Positions 1 through 10,095 are shown, numbered from the stretch's first letter. The stretch: 64,000 nucleotides of DNA from Candidatus Magasanikbacteria bacterium CG11_big_fil_rev_8_21_14_0_20_39_34 (GCA_002787355.1 PCWN01000003.1:8606-72605); one strand, 5' to 3'. The notes: generated by a model from the sequence alone, not told the origin. Program-made: numbers and translations.

Positions 1-254
1 CTTGTTTTGCATGAAAATCAAGTAACAACTTTTTTGGGTCTTCCGCCCTATACTGATTTTTCTTTTCTTTCTGTACTCTACTTACCAACCCCATTTCCAT
101 AAGATCATCCAGAACAAGATATGCGGTAGGCCTTTTTATCCCTGCATATTTTGCTATATGTGCAACCGAATCTATCCCTAACTGTAAACAAGCAAGATAT
201 ATAAGGGATTGATTTTCAGATAATCCAAGTTTTTGCAAATCTTTTTTAAGATTC
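1..254 (-). CDS. TrmB-like HTH transcriptional regulator (partial, runs off window start)
   Basis: Reverse-complement translation from ATG at 252-254: MNLKKDLQKLGLSENQSLIYLACLQLGIDSVAHIAKYAGIKRPTAYLVLDDLMEMGLV... which is a TrmB/MarR-like N-terminal winged-helix pattern. No stop before position 1. Not in the ORF track because it is truncated. Confidence 0.55.
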
Positions 255-393
255 ATATTCAAAAAGGAATATAAAATACAAATGGTATTCTACCATTTTT
301 TCATTTTTTGTCAATTTTTATAACAACTTTTTTAAATATTTTTATCTAATTTTACTATTTTTTTATAAAAAATTGAATTTTTATAAAGAAATA

Positions 394-422
394 TTGACAT
401 AAAAAATATCAAAGGTTATTAT
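394..422 (+). promoter_or_regulatory. sigma70-type promoter (TTGACA-17nt-TATTAT) for the 464..1018 gene
   Basis: TTGACA at 394-399, a 17-nt spacer, TATTAT at 417-422, and GGAAAG Shine-Dalgarno about 9 nt before the ATG at 464. Confidence 0.5.
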
Positions 423-463
423 CTTATTGGTGTTGACCTATCATCTCCACGGAAAGAAAACCC

Positions 464-1018
464 ATGAAGTACCTAGACCCATTTTACCTTCTTCTTCGTT
501 TTGTCGTTCTGCGCCGCCTCTACAAAGCAAACCTCAGCCCTGCTCAGTTTGCTTTTCTGGAGGACAACACCGGCAAACAACGCCTTTCTCTCTGGGTTAC
601 CCTCATCGTGTCCGTCCCTCTTTACTTTGGTGTGGTTCAAAGTGAGGGAAACCAAGACCGACTCCTGATGGGGATGATTGGTTTCGTCGCTGTCACGGGA
701 TCCGGATGGTATGTCCTGAGCTTTGGAGGGATCCCAGCCAAGCTCCTGGACGCTGCCATGGAGATCACCTTCTACATGTGGACCAGTTTTGTGTGTGCCC
801 TCACAGCCACTCTGCTGGTACTGATCACCATGTTTCCGCCACTGTGCTGGCCTGCCCTTTTCATCATCTATCTGGGTGCCATTTTCTCCGGTATGCAGTA
901 TGACACCACGGACGGAATGAAAATTGGATTGGATGAAACTCTCCAAAGGCATTCCCGTGCAGCACTGCAATACTACAAACGAGAAGGTATCCACCCAGAC
1001 GAAGAACGAAACGAATAG
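464..1018 (+). CDS. hypothetical polytopic membrane protein (G+C-rich island 1)
   Basis: 184-aa ORF with several hydrophobic helices. G+C and GC3 are clearly higher than in the flanks. A C-rich tail (gtgccccacccacgcc) follows the stop. Confidence 0.55.
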   Translation: MKYLDPFYLLLRFVVLRRLYKANLSPAQFAFLEDNTGKQRLSLWVTLIVSVPLYFGVVQSEGNQDRLLMGMIGFVAVTGSGWYVLSFGGIPAKLLDAAMEITFYMWTSFVCALTATLLVLITMFPPLCWPALFIIYLGAIFSGMQYDTTDGMKIGLDETLQRHSRAALQYYKREGIHPDEERNE

Positions 1019-1052
1019 TCTTGTGCGTGCCCCACCCACGCCAAAAATTCCT

Positions 1053-1439
1053 CTATATAGGAATAATATACTTTACCAACTTTACAGAATCAGTATGGTT
1101 GGAAATATAAATACTTATCTGTTCAAATTGAATGGGTGTCCTATCAATATCAATTCCGTATTCTATACAATACTGTTTTGCGGAAAAAAATATATGCTCT
1201 AATTTTTTTTTACCAACAGCTCGCTCTGCACTTCCATTTTCTCCTCTTCGAGTCTTCACCTCTATAAAAGAAAGTGTTTTCTTTTTAAATATTCCTTCTT
1301 TTTTATAGGCAACAATATCTATCTCACCTTTTGAACATTTATAATTTCTTTCCTCTATTTTATATCCCTGCCGAATTAAAAAAAGAGCAGCCTGCTCCTC
1401 ACCCCACGAACCTAAGTGTTGTTTTTTTGTTTGTGTCAT
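1053..1439 (-). CDS. yraN: YraN/UPF0102 family endonuclease-like protein
   Basis: GEIDIVA and FIEVKTRR motifs with YraN-like length and architecture. Confidence 0.7.
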   Translation of the reverse strand: MTQTKKQHLGSWGEEQAALFLIRQGYKIEERNYKCSKGEIDIVAYKKEGIFKKKTLSFIEVKTRRGENGSAERAVGKKKLEHIFFSAKQYCIEYGIDIDRTPIQFEQISIYISNHTDSVKLVKYIIPI

Positions 1440-1456
1440 ACCCCCCCAAAAAAAAT

Positions 1457-1987
1457 CTACTGATTCCTATAGAGAACTATACCACTGTGATAGGGCCCAC
1501 AGATAAATTCTTCTTGAACTACAAACCCACGCATCTTTGCCCAATCCTTTATATCTTGGAAGTCGACAAACCGACCATCCTGTGGACCAAACCGCAGTCC
1601 TTTTTTTGACCAGTCTACAATGATCAGTCGTGCCTTGTCTTTTAACAACCGAGCACACTCCTCCAAAATAGCATGTCGATTATTGGACTGAACCAAAGTA
1701 TTTACCAAAAATCCAACATCCAAACTTTTGTTGGGAATATGCGAAGCCCCAATGCGTTCCAAATCTGCCCATACGGGTTGTACGTTGAAAAAACCATTAT
1801 CTTTTGCCCTTTTATCCACTTCATGAATAATATCTTTCATAATATCCACGGCATACACGATCCCTTTTTCTCCCACTATTCTTGCAGCGGGGAGTACCAC
1901 ATGCGCTGTTCGACCACAACCAAAATCTGCAATATGCATTCCCTGTTGCAGTTGTCCTTTTTCAAAAAGTAGATTGATATCTATCAT
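1457..1987 (-). CDS. class I SAM-dependent methyltransferase
   Basis: IADFGCGRTA (motif I) and a Rossmann-like pattern. The ORF extends to 2059, but that overlaps the neighbouring gene, so the start at MIDINLL (1987) is preferred. Confidence 0.6.
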   Translation of the reverse strand: MIDINLLFEKGQLQQGMHIADFGCGRTAHVVLPAARIVGEKGIVYAVDIMKDIIHEVDKRAKDNGFFNVQPVWADLERIGASHIPNKSLDVGFLVNTLVQSNNRHAILEECARLLKDKARLIIVDWSKKGLRFGPQDGRFVDFQDIKDWAKMRGFVVQEEFICGPYHSGIVLYRNQ

Positions 1988-2009
1988 ATGAAAATGTATG
2001 CTAACTCCC

Positions 2010-2243
2010 CTATGATATCCCAAACATGCTCCCAAATACACCCAAAATAATATCCCCAAGAGCCCCCGTCATCCCAAGGAAAGCAATAATGATTAAAATA
2101 ACGCCAATAAGCTTATAAAAATTGTAACTCCCCATGTGCATCTCTGCCCATTCGCTGGTTCCAAAATTTTGCACAAACCAATGTGTTTTCCAAACCATAA
2201 AAAAACCAACTAAAACCGCTAAGAATCCAAAAAAGTACCCCAT
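2010..2243 (-). CDS. small two-helix membrane protein, hypothetical
   Basis: 77 aa with two hydrophobic segments and no recognisable motif. Confidence 0.4.
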   Translation of the reverse strand: MGYFFGFLAVLVGFFMVWKTHWFVQNFGTSEWAEMHMGSYNFYKLIGVILIIIAFLGMTGALGDIILGVFGSMFGIS

Positions 2244-2285
2244 AAAATTTTATATATATTCAATACGGACATTATATCGTATTTT

Positions 2286-2912
2286 TTATTTTTGGGAAAG
2301 CAATGTAAATTCCAACCCCCAAACAACATGATCCGAAGATTGGCATTTGAAACATACATCTCGATACGGATGATCTTCAAACCGTGCTATAAAGTACGTT
2401 TCAATTTCAGGGATTTTTTGTTTTACCTCTTCTATATTTTCGGCCTTATCATCTATAAAATAAATGTGTTTATATTTTGATATAAGTGGAGATATAACAT
2501 TAACCTTCCTTTCGGTTGAAATAATATACTCATACCCCACTGGAAGATTACTGTGCTCAATTTTTTCTCTTTGAAGTTCCTTATCCCCGTGTGTTGCAAT
2601 GATAATATCAAATCTGTCCATGTGTCTTAAAAAAAATTCTCTCACATCTGGAAAAACACACTCTTTAGCGTGCTCTTTTATAACACTATGCACGGCATGA
2701 TGAAGTTTTTTTGAATCATAACCTAAGAAGGAGTCCACAAAATGGTCAATGTCTATGACATTATTAACCTTTTTAATAAGAGAACGATGCGCATCAAAAT
2801 CTTTTTCTGAGATATGAAAAACTCCACAGAATACTTCCTTTAGCTTTTGCACATATATGGTTGTATTAAAAAGAGTATGATCAAAGTCAATGATAATAAG
2901 ATTCTCTTTCAT
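2286..2912 (-). CDS. HAD-superfamily hydrolase
   Basis: N-terminal IIIDFDHTLF is the DxDxT HAD motif I. Downstream K and DD motifs are present. Confidence 0.65.
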   Translation of the reverse strand: MKENLIIIDFDHTLFNTTIYVQKLKEVFCGVFHISEKDFDAHRSLIKKVNNVIDIDHFVDSFLGYDSKKLHHAVHSVIKEHAKECVFPDVREFFLRHMDRFDIIIATHGDKELQREKIEHSNLPVGYEYIISTERKVNVISPLISKYKHIYFIDDKAENIEEVKQKIPEIETYFIARFEDHPYRDVCFKCQSSDHVVWGLEFTLLSQK

Positions 2913-2928
2913 ATATTCCTTTATTTTT

Positions 2929-3612
2929 TTATTCCTCGCAAAAGAATACGGACAAATTCTTATGCCCCAACAATTTTTTTGATGGAAATTGTAAAAATGG
3001 AATATCTCGATGCATGAAATCTTCCATTACCTGTTTTTTTTGTAGCCCAGATGCCAAAAGCAGCACATGTTTACTGTTCAAAATGGATTTCCATCCCAAG
3101 GTCATTCTGTCTTGAATGGGAGGATTTGGATCAAATGGATTATAGGCATAGAGCACCGAATCCGTTTCATTCTGCACCGCATCTTGCCCACACATCAATG
3201 ATGCTGTATGTCCATCCTCACCAATACCCAAAATACAAAGATCTAAACGTTCAATCGTATCAAATTGGTCTTTATATTCTTGAATACATCTCTCAATGGG
3301 AAGATGTGTATCAAAAAAATGAAAGGCACGTAACTTTCCCTCGAGAGGGGCAATCAATGTTTCTTGAATCATTTTTTGGTTTGAAAGTGGATCATCATGT
3401 GATACATATCTTTCATCAACCATCCAAAATTCCACTTTGGAAAAATCAATATTTTTCTCTTGAGCCAAAGCCTTATACAAAGATTTTGGAGTACTTCCAC
3501 CCGAAAGGGCAATATGTACAGCCTTTTCCGAAGAAATACAAATTTTTTTAATAAGCTGCAAAGAAGCTTGAATATAGGACTGCTGTTCTGAAAATATTTG
3601 ATAATTTGTCAT
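2929..3612 (-). CDS. pgl: 6-phosphogluconolactonase (NagB/Pgl family)
   Basis: GGSTP, WMVDERYV and ILGIGEDGHTASL motifs. Sits adjacent to zwf. Confidence 0.75.
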   Translation of the reverse strand: MTNYQIFSEQQSYIQASLQLIKKICISSEKAVHIALSGGSTPKSLYKALAQEKNIDFSKVEFWMVDERYVSHDDPLSNQKMIQETLIAPLEGKLRAFHFFDTHLPIERCIQEYKDQFDTIERLDLCILGIGEDGHTASLMCGQDAVQNETDSVLYAYNPFDPNPPIQDRMTLGWKSILNSKHVLLLASGLQKKQVMEDFMHRDIPFLQFPSKKLLGHKNLSVFFCEE

Positions 3613-3618
3613 AAATGC

Positions 3619-5034
3619 TTAATGAAGATCATACCATTCAAAACCATCCATCCTTGGAAGCCTGTGCTGTTCTTTGGGTCCTTCACTTCCATCTTCATAG
3701 CGATAAAGTTTCGAACACCGTTCCTTCATCAACATTTTCATTTCATCCACTACACGCCACGCAGAGAGAATTTCTGAAAAGCTTAAAAAATGAAGCCTCT
3801 TCCCATCCAATACATCCAAAAGAAGCGAACCATGTTCAGGGAGACATCCGTCAATATTACAAGCAATTGAGTCCGCAGTCGTAATGGATTGATAACGAGA
3901 AACACCTTCCTGTAGGTTCACCAATTCAATATTGATTCTTGGTTCCGGATGAAATTCAATGATAATTCTATTGGGCTGTTCTTTCTCATCTTGAAAAGGA
4001 AACTTTTTGAGCTCAATAGAAATATATGTATGTTTTTCGTGCAACTTTTTTCCAGTACGTATATATATAGGAACTTTGTACCAATTTTCTTTATCAATAA
4101 ACATGCGTACCGCTGCAAATGTTTCAGTAGTAGAAGTTTTTTTCACTCCCTCTTGAGAACGATAACTTTTGTATTGTCCTAAAACAACATTGTCATCTTC
4201 TGCCGGACAATCAATGGCTTCAATAACGTTGTTTTTTTCCCTTTTGAGACTCTCAGAACTTAACTTATTCGGAATAGTCATAGTGGTAAGCGCAAAAATT
4301 TGCAAAAGGTGTGACTGAATCATATCGCGTACAATACCCACATGCTCAAAATATCCAATTCTGTGTTGTACACCAACCTCTTCAAGCGCAGTTATTTGTA
4401 TATTTGCAATTTCGCTCCCCCGTATAATGTTGGACAAAATTCTATTGGAACGACGCATATTTAAAATAGACTGTACTGAAGATTTCCCTAAATAATGATC
4501 CAATAGATAAAACTGTTCCTCCCCAAAGTGTTCAGACACATAGTGAAAAAGCGCCTCTGCACTCTTGTAGTCATGACCAAAAGGTTTCTCTATAACCAAA
4601 CGGATATCTTCATTTTTATTCTTTCTTGACTTAGAAAGGTTCGTGATAATAGGGTGAAAAACAACGGGCGGAACAGAAAAGTATGCAATATGTGACATCT
4701 CCTTTTTTGAGAGTGATTTCAAAAAAGTTCTATATTCTTGAAAACTTTTTAATTCATTATATTGCCCGGAAAAATAATGAACATGGGAAAGAAGTTCCTT
4801 GAGAACGCTTGGTTTAACATTTTCATTGGTATACTCTTGAATACTCTTCTCAACTTCTTTACGAAATTCGTCTTGTGTCTTCTCTGAACGCGCAAAACCC
4901 ACTATAAAATAATTCTGTGGAAATCTTCCCTGACGCGCCAAGGTATACAATGCTGGAAAAATTTTGATTTTTGCAAGATCTCCGGAAGCGCCAAAGATAG
5001 TGAGAATAAATGATTTTTTTAATTTTGGAATCAT
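3619..5034 (-). CDS. zwf: glucose-6-phosphate 1-dehydrogenase
   Basis: FGASGDLA NADP-binding motif, LDHYLGK active-site motif, 471 aa. Confidence 0.9.
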   Translation of the reverse strand: MIPKLKKSFILTIFGASGDLAKIKIFPALYTLARQGRFPQNYFIVGFARSEKTQDEFRKEVEKSIQEYTNENVKPSVLKELLSHVHYFSGQYNELKSFQEYRTFLKSLSKKEMSHIAYFSVPPVVFHPIITNLSKSRKNKNEDIRLVIEKPFGHDYKSAEALFHYVSEHFGEEQFYLLDHYLGKSSVQSILNMRRSNRILSNIIRGSEIANIQITALEEVGVQHRIGYFEHVGIVRDMIQSHLLQIFALTTMTIPNKLSSESLKREKNNVIEAIDCPAEDDNVVLGQYKSYRSQEGVKKTSTTETFAAVRMFIDKENWYKVPIYIRTGKKLHEKHTYISIELKKFPFQDEKEQPNRIIIEFHPEPRINIELVNLQEGVSRYQSITTADSIACNIDGCLPEHGSLLLDVLDGKRLHFLSFSEILSAWRVVDEMKMLMKERCSKLYRYEDGSEGPKEQHRLPRMDGFEWYDLH

Positions 5035-5061
5035 ATGGAAAGTTATTGAATGGATTGTGTT

Positions 5062-6483
5062 TTATTCCCACTGTGTATGATAAATACCGGGTTTGTCATC
5101 ACGCTCATAGGTATGGGCACCAAAATAGTCTCGTAGTCCTTGTATGAAGTTGGCTGGCATATGTGCAGCTGTCATATATTCATAATAGTATAGTGCAGAA
5201 GAGAATGCAGGGAGTGATACCCCATTTTCACTCATATTTCCAACTAAAAATCGTAAATCCTGAATATTTTTTTTCATAATGCCGGCAATGGACGGAAGAG
5301 CAAAAAGGTGCTGAGACCGATTTTTTGTTTTTTGGTAAGCTTGATTCAATACATGGAGCAATTCTGCTCGAATAATGCATCCACCCTCCCAAATTCTTGA
5401 AACTTCTTTCATATCGATTTTCCACCCTTCCTCTTTTGCTGTTTTTGAGATGAGATGATAGCCCTGAGCATAAGAACTTATCATAGCGGCATACAAAGCA
5501 TTCTCTAAATGTTTTTCAAATTTTTTCCTTGAAACCGCCTTTATTTTTTTCTTTGAGGCATACATTTGAGAAAGAGAAACGCGCAAATCTTTTTCACTTG
5601 AAGTAAATCGAGCAAACACCGCCTCTGTAATAGTTGAGATGGTCACACCACGATCCAGTGCATCCAAAGAAGCCCATTTTCCGGTTCCCTTTTGTGAAGC
5701 CTTATCAAGAATATGATAGACAAGATATGGTGATTTTTTATCAATATCATCTTTTTTCGTCAAAACAGGCACTGCTATTTCAAATAAAAATGATTGAAGT
5801 TTCCCCTTATTATATTTTTGAAAAATTTTTGCAATGTCACCGGAGGAAAGTTTGTATACTGTCCTTAAAATTTCATACGTTTCAGCCATAAATTGCATAA
5901 CCGCATATTCAATTCCATTATGAACCATCTTTACATAATGTCCAGCCGCATCGTTTCCAATATGTGCAACACAGGCCCCACCTGAAAAATCCCGTGCAGC
6001 AATCTTGCTGAGAATAGGCTTTACTGCCTTCCACGCCTCTTTTGAGCCTCCAGGCATCAGTGAAGGTCCATGAAGGGCCCCTTCTTCACCACCGGAGACT
6101 CCACATCCCATAAATAAAATACCCTTTTCTTTCAATGCAGCTTCACGACGTTGCGTGTCTTTATAATAAGAATTCCCTCCGTCGATAATGATATCTCCCT
6201 TTTGCAAAAATGGGAGTAATGATTGGATCACCGCGTCGACAGGATCCCCTGCAGCTACCATTATCATTATTTTTCTTGGTCGATTCAAAGATTTTACAAA
6301 CTTTTGAAGACTCTCAAACCCTTTAAAATTTCCTTTAAATTCTTGTAAAAAATGTTCTGTTTTATCAAAACTTCTATTATAAACAGAAACAGAAAAACCA
6401 CGGGATTCAACATTTCGTGCCAAATTTGATCCCATCACAGCAAGCCCAATGAGACCAAAGTCCGAAAGATTATTTTTTTTCAT
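5062..6483 (-). CDS. gnd: 6-phosphogluconate dehydrogenase (decarboxylating)
   Basis: IGLAVMGSNLARN and HIGNDAAGHYVKMVHNGIEYAVMQ motifs. Start taken at the Met of MKKNNLS; the ORF extends 7 codons further upstream. Confidence 0.9.
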   Translation of the reverse strand: MKKNNLSDFGLIGLAVMGSNLARNVESRGFSVSVYNRSFDKTEHFLQEFKGNFKGFESLQKFVKSLNRPRKIMIMVAAGDPVDAVIQSLLPFLQKGDIIIDGGNSYYKDTQRREAALKEKGILFMGCGVSGGEEGALHGPSLMPGGSKEAWKAVKPILSKIAARDFSGGACVAHIGNDAAGHYVKMVHNGIEYAVMQFMAETYEILRTVYKLSSGDIAKIFQKYNKGKLQSFLFEIAVPVLTKKDDIDKKSPYLVYHILDKASQKGTGKWASLDALDRGVTISTITEAVFARFTSSEKDLRVSLSQMYASKKKIKAVSRKKFEKHLENALYAAMISSYAQGYHLISKTAKEEGWKIDMKEVSRIWEGGCIIRAELLHVLNQAYQKTKNRSQHLFALPSIAGIMKKNIQDLRFLVGNMSENGVSLPAFSSALYYYEYMTAAHMPANFIQGLRDYFGAHTYERDDKPGIYHTQWE

Positions 6484-6500
6484 AAAGTATATAAAATATA

Positions 6501-6842
6501 TCAAGTTCTTTTATAGTCGTCTTCAATTCTTACAATATCATCCTCTCCAAAATATGTTCCTGTTTGAATTTCAATAAAAACCATGGGTTCGTTCCCGAAG
6601 TTTGCTACTCTATGCTTTTGTAAAAGTGCCACATCCACGGAATCACCAGCTCGCTTTGTATATTCTACGTCATCGAGTGTAACGGTAGCCACCCCACTTA
6701 CAATAAACCAATGCTCTGACCTTTTTTGGTGATATTGATAGCTCAGTCTTTGAAGAGGATTTACATGAATTTCTTTTACTTTACATGTTGGTGATGAAAG
6801 CAAGACAAACATGTGTCCCCAGGGTCTTACAATTTTTTCCAT
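6501..6842 (-). CDS. cupin-domain protein (mannose-6-P isomerase-like / cupin_2)
   Basis: 113 aa. Conserved His and Glu spacing of a cupin barrel (HxH...E...H-like pattern: QYHQKRSEHWF...G). Lies between gnd and pgi. Confidence 0.6.
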   Translation of the reverse strand: MEKIVRPWGHMFVLLSSPTCKVKEIHVNPLQRLSYQYHQKRSEHWFIVSGVATVTLDDVEYTKRAGDSVDVALLQKHRVANFGNEPMVFIEIQTGTYFGEDDIVRIEDDYKRT

Positions 6843-6845
6843 ACA

Positions 6846-8141
6846 TTATGCTCGAGATAAATTTTTTCGAGTTAAATTTTTTGCCAACTCTACTCCTGGT
6901 TGGTTGAAGGCATCAATATTATAAAACTCACCCAAAAATGCTATAGATGCTTCAAATAGCATAAATAATGCTCCTACATGATAGGCATCCACCGTATCAA
7001 TATGGATGGTAAGGTTTGGGACATCATATTTTGTATATGCATTACAGGTTGCAATTCTTTCAACATCAATAAGCTTATTAAAACTAGCTCCTTTCATATA
7101 CTGCAATTCAGGTAACTCTTTATGCAGCATAGGAATAGGAACTGTTTTGTGTAAATTTTTTACCGCAAGAACCATAATAAGTTTATCCTTTGGCCCTTCA
7201 TTATACAACTGCGCCTGTGAGTGTTGATCCGTGGTACCGAGAGCCTTTACTGGGGTAATACCAACATTTACCATTTTTCCACTACGAGTTTTCTCTTTCC
7301 CAATACTTTCTGCTAAAAGCTGTCTATACCAATCTGCCATGAAAGCTAACTTTTGTGCATAGGGCATCATTACATTTATGGTCTTTCCCTTTTTCTCCAA
7401 CAGGTATTGTGCACGAGCAAGCTGAAACGGAAGATTCTTCTTTGCATCTGTACTCAAAAAAAGATCCCGCATATCTCTTGCACCTTTCAAAAGTGACTTT
7501 GTATCCATTCCTGCAAACGTTGCAGGAGTAAGCCCAACCGAACTGAGCACAGAAAAACGTCCTCCTACGGGTCCATGAGGAACCATGGGAATCCCTTCTC
7601 TCTCATGAATCTCACGCAAAACTCCCTTTTCGGGATCCGTGATAAATAAAATATGTTTTTCCGGATTCAACTTTGCCTTTTTTATTAAATTTTTAAAATA
7701 CATGTACTGAGAAATGGGCTCAGGAGTGGTGCCCGATTTTGAAACAATGAGAAAAAGTGTTTTGGGAAGGTCTATAACATCCAAAATTTCAACCATCATG
7801 GTTGGATCAATATTGTCCAATATGTAAAGTTGTGGTACTTTTTTACTTTTTCTTTGTTCCTGAAAAAGATGCTGAAGAGACCTTTGTAAACAAATAGTAC
7901 CCAACGCAGACCCACCAATCCCGCAAACCACGACATGTAAAATATCCTTATAATGCGAAGCAACTTCTGCAATTCTTTTCAGTTCATCCGTATCATCCAC
8001 AATAGAATAAAAATTTTGGTTCCGTGAATGGACATCCGATAATAAATTTTGCAAATCTTTTTTAGAGGCTTGTAAATCCTTTTGTGCTAAACCATGTTGT
8101 TTAGCAACTTTGAAAGTATTTTTAAAATCAATGGATAGCAT
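6846..8141 (-). CDS. pgi: glucose-6-phosphate isomerase
   Basis: SKSGTTPEP, PVGGRFSVLSSVG and FNQPGVELAK match both PGI signatures. Confidence 0.85.
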   Translation of the reverse strand: MLSIDFKNTFKVAKQHGLAQKDLQASKKDLQNLLSDVHSRNQNFYSIVDDTDELKRIAEVASHYKDILHVVVCGIGGSALGTICLQRSLQHLFQEQRKSKKVPQLYILDNIDPTMMVEILDVIDLPKTLFLIVSKSGTTPEPISQYMYFKNLIKKAKLNPEKHILFITDPEKGVLREIHEREGIPMVPHGPVGGRFSVLSSVGLTPATFAGMDTKSLLKGARDMRDLFLSTDAKKNLPFQLARAQYLLEKKGKTINVMMPYAQKLAFMADWYRQLLAESIGKEKTRSGKMVNVGITPVKALGTTDQHSQAQLYNEGPKDKLIMVLAVKNLHKTVPIPMLHKELPELQYMKGASFNKLIDVERIATCNAYTKYDVPNLTIHIDTVDAYHVGALFMLFEASIAFLGEFYNIDAFNQPGVELAKNLTRKNLSRA

Positions 8142-8153
8142 ATATTATTATAT

Positions 8154-8408
8154 TTATTCACCAAGTTTTTCCATGAGTTTTCCCTCTGAGTGTAATCTAT
8201 TTAAATCATCAAAACCACCAATCAACTCCTCATCAAAAGTAATTAAGGGAACGGTTTGCCACTGATACCGCTCAATCAGTTCATCTCGAAGTTGAGTATC
8301 TTGTTCTACATCCACTTCCTCAAACGGTACGTGAAGTGCCTTTAAAAGCTCCTTTGCCTTTTTACAATAAGGACAATATGTTGTGGTATAAACTTTTACT
8401 TGTTTCAT
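8154..8408 (-). CDS. glutaredoxin
   Basis: YCPYCKKAK (CPYC) active site, TVP and GGFDDL motifs, 84 aa. Confidence 0.85.
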   Translation of the reverse strand: MKQVKVYTTTYCPYCKKAKELLKALHVPFEEVDVEQDTQLRDELIERYQWQTVPLITFDEELIGGFDDLNRLHSEGKLMEKLGE

Positions 8409-8417
8409 ACAACTGCG

Positions 8418-9119
8418 CTATTTATTAAGAAAACGTATATCTACAAAATAAGATTTTGCATCTTTGGGATCAATAAAAACTTCAATCTCTTTTCCTATCT
8501 CCACATAAGACGATGGATCAAACCATACATGATCACTTTTCCACTGCATATTTTCATTGGTAAGTGGATTCAATCCTTCAACATATATACGATAGGGACT
8601 TTGACCATTTATTTTGTATGTTGTATCCACTTCAATATGATGAACTTTGCCCGAAACCCTTTGACCAAATGAAAACAAATATTCAACTTGTTTTTTTCTT
8701 CTTCGAGTAAAGTAAATCCCCACAAAACCAATTCCCCCAAAAATTAATCCGAAAAGCCCAAAAACCAATGGGAAAGTAAATTTACTTCCAAAGTCATTTA
8801 CACGTGCACCATAGGGTTTATCCTTAGCATATACAACTTCAACTTTATCACCCACTGAATAACTTGAAGGGTTTGAACCGGCATTAGAAACAAAAGTAAT
8901 ACTCTCTCCATCCGTAGTTTTAAACTCAACTTTTGGAGCATAATATACGGTTCCATCCTCTGAATCTTCTCTCGAAACAATTTCAGTAACCTTCCCCGAA
9001 CTATAAATCCCATTCTGAAAAAATGTATAAGTATTCCATGCAACCACCCCCGCAACCCCGAAAAACAATAGACCAAAGAGACTAAAAAGAATAAATATAA
9101 AATTTTTTGATTTTTTCAT
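8418..9119 (-). CDS. membrane-anchored protein with two DUF3592-like beta domains
   Basis: N-terminal TM, a soluble domain, a second TM (FPLVFGLFGLIFGGIGFVGIY), then a second similar domain. Confidence 0.45.
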   Translation of the reverse strand: MKKSKNFIFILFSLFGLLFFGVAGVVAWNTYTFFQNGIYSSGKVTEIVSREDSEDGTVYYAPKVEFKTTDGESITFVSNAGSNPSSYSVGDKVEVVYAKDKPYGARVNDFGSKFTFPLVFGLFGLIFGGIGFVGIYFTRRRKKQVEYLFSFGQRVSGKVHHIEVDTTYKINGQSPYRIYVEGLNPLTNENMQWKSDHVWFDPSSYVEIGKEIEVFIDPKDAKSYFVDIRFLNK

Positions 9120-9124
9120 AAATA

Positions 9125-10000
9125 CTAATTTAAAGCACCAATAAGTTTATTCCAATCATCTGCAAAACGTGCAAGTCCTTTGTCGGTAAGATCATGGTGT
9201 ATATCATACTGGGTCCAATCCTCATCCAACTGGATATCTAAAAAATCAAGATCTTCTCTCTCCTGTGTATCATAGACATAATCTCCACCCGGAATAGGCA
9301 AATCATGTTCCGCCCATGCAAGAAGTATATCTTTTGGAGCGGTAATGATATCTACCCCAAGGGCAAGCGCATACAAAAAGTGATCCAAATTTCGTACACT
9401 TGCAACTAAAATTTCAACATGGCTATCTCCATCACGATACATCTGAATCACATTTTCAATAAGACTCATACCATTTATTCCAATATCATCCAATCGTCCA
9501 ACAAAAGGAGAAAGAAAAACATCCCCTTTTTGTGCACCCACGGTTGCAGCATAAACGGCAGCAGACTGCTGCTGTGAAAATATTAAAGTCATATTTACAC
9601 GTCCATGATCCTCTTGAACAAACTGCTCCGCTGCTTCAAGACCAGCTGAGATAGTGGGAAATTTTATGTGACCATTTGGGATCCAAGTATTCATCTCTCT
9701 AGCTTGAGAAAGCATCTCTTCTGAGGAAGTATCTGCATCTGCGTATACCTCAATAGATACGGATCCTTCTGGTACCATCTTTGAGATTTCTTGTACGACT
9801 CCTTTATAAAAATCATTTACTTCAACACTCGTGAGGCTTTGACCTGATGCTATTTTTTCTTGCATCTGTGGGTTTTTTGCAACCAAAGAAGGGTTGGTTG
9901 TTTGCCCATCCAAAAATCCAAGCTTCTCCATCACTTCTTTGGTATCAAGGGGATCACCACTATCTAAAAAAATTCGTGTTTTAAGGTTTTGTGGACGCAT
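9125..10000 (-). CDS. tal: transaldolase (Fsa/TalC-type) with C-terminal acidic extension
   Basis: FLDSGDP and GQTTNPSLV motifs. Start taken at MRPQNLKTRIF; the ORF runs to 10087. Confidence 0.85.
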   Translation of the reverse strand: MRPQNLKTRIFLDSGDPLDTKEVMEKLGFLDGQTTNPSLVAKNPQMQEKIASGQSLTSVEVNDFYKGVVQEISKMVPEGSVSIEVYADADTSSEEMLSQAREMNTWIPNGHIKFPTISAGLEAAEQFVQEDHGRVNMTLIFSQQQSAAVYAATVGAQKGDVFLSPFVGRLDDIGINGMSLIENVIQMYRDGDSHVEILVASVRNLDHFLYALALGVDIITAPKDILLAWAEHDLPIPGGDYVYDTQEREDLDFLDIQLDEDWTQYDIHHDLTDKGLARFADDWNKLIGALN

Positions 10001-10061
10001 AAACGCACAGTTAAAATAAAATAAATGTATTCCTACTATACAGTAAAATACATTTGAAGTA

Positions 10062-10095
10062 TAGCACAAAGAAAAAAAGGGGCCCACTGTGGAAA
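10062..10095 (-). terminator. rho-independent terminator for the permease gene
   Basis: 9-bp stem AAAAGGGGC/GCCCCTTTT with a 13-nt loop, followed by a T-run on the minus strand. Confidence 0.5.

Noticed and set aside
473-1039. 188-aa minus-strand ORF antisense to the island-1 gene; likewise 10174..10671 +, 11322..11912 +, 45187..45819 - and 47754..48206 - antisense to larger genes
   Set aside because: These are antisense shadows of better-supported genes. The sense partners have recognisable motifs or promoter and Shine-Dalgarno context.
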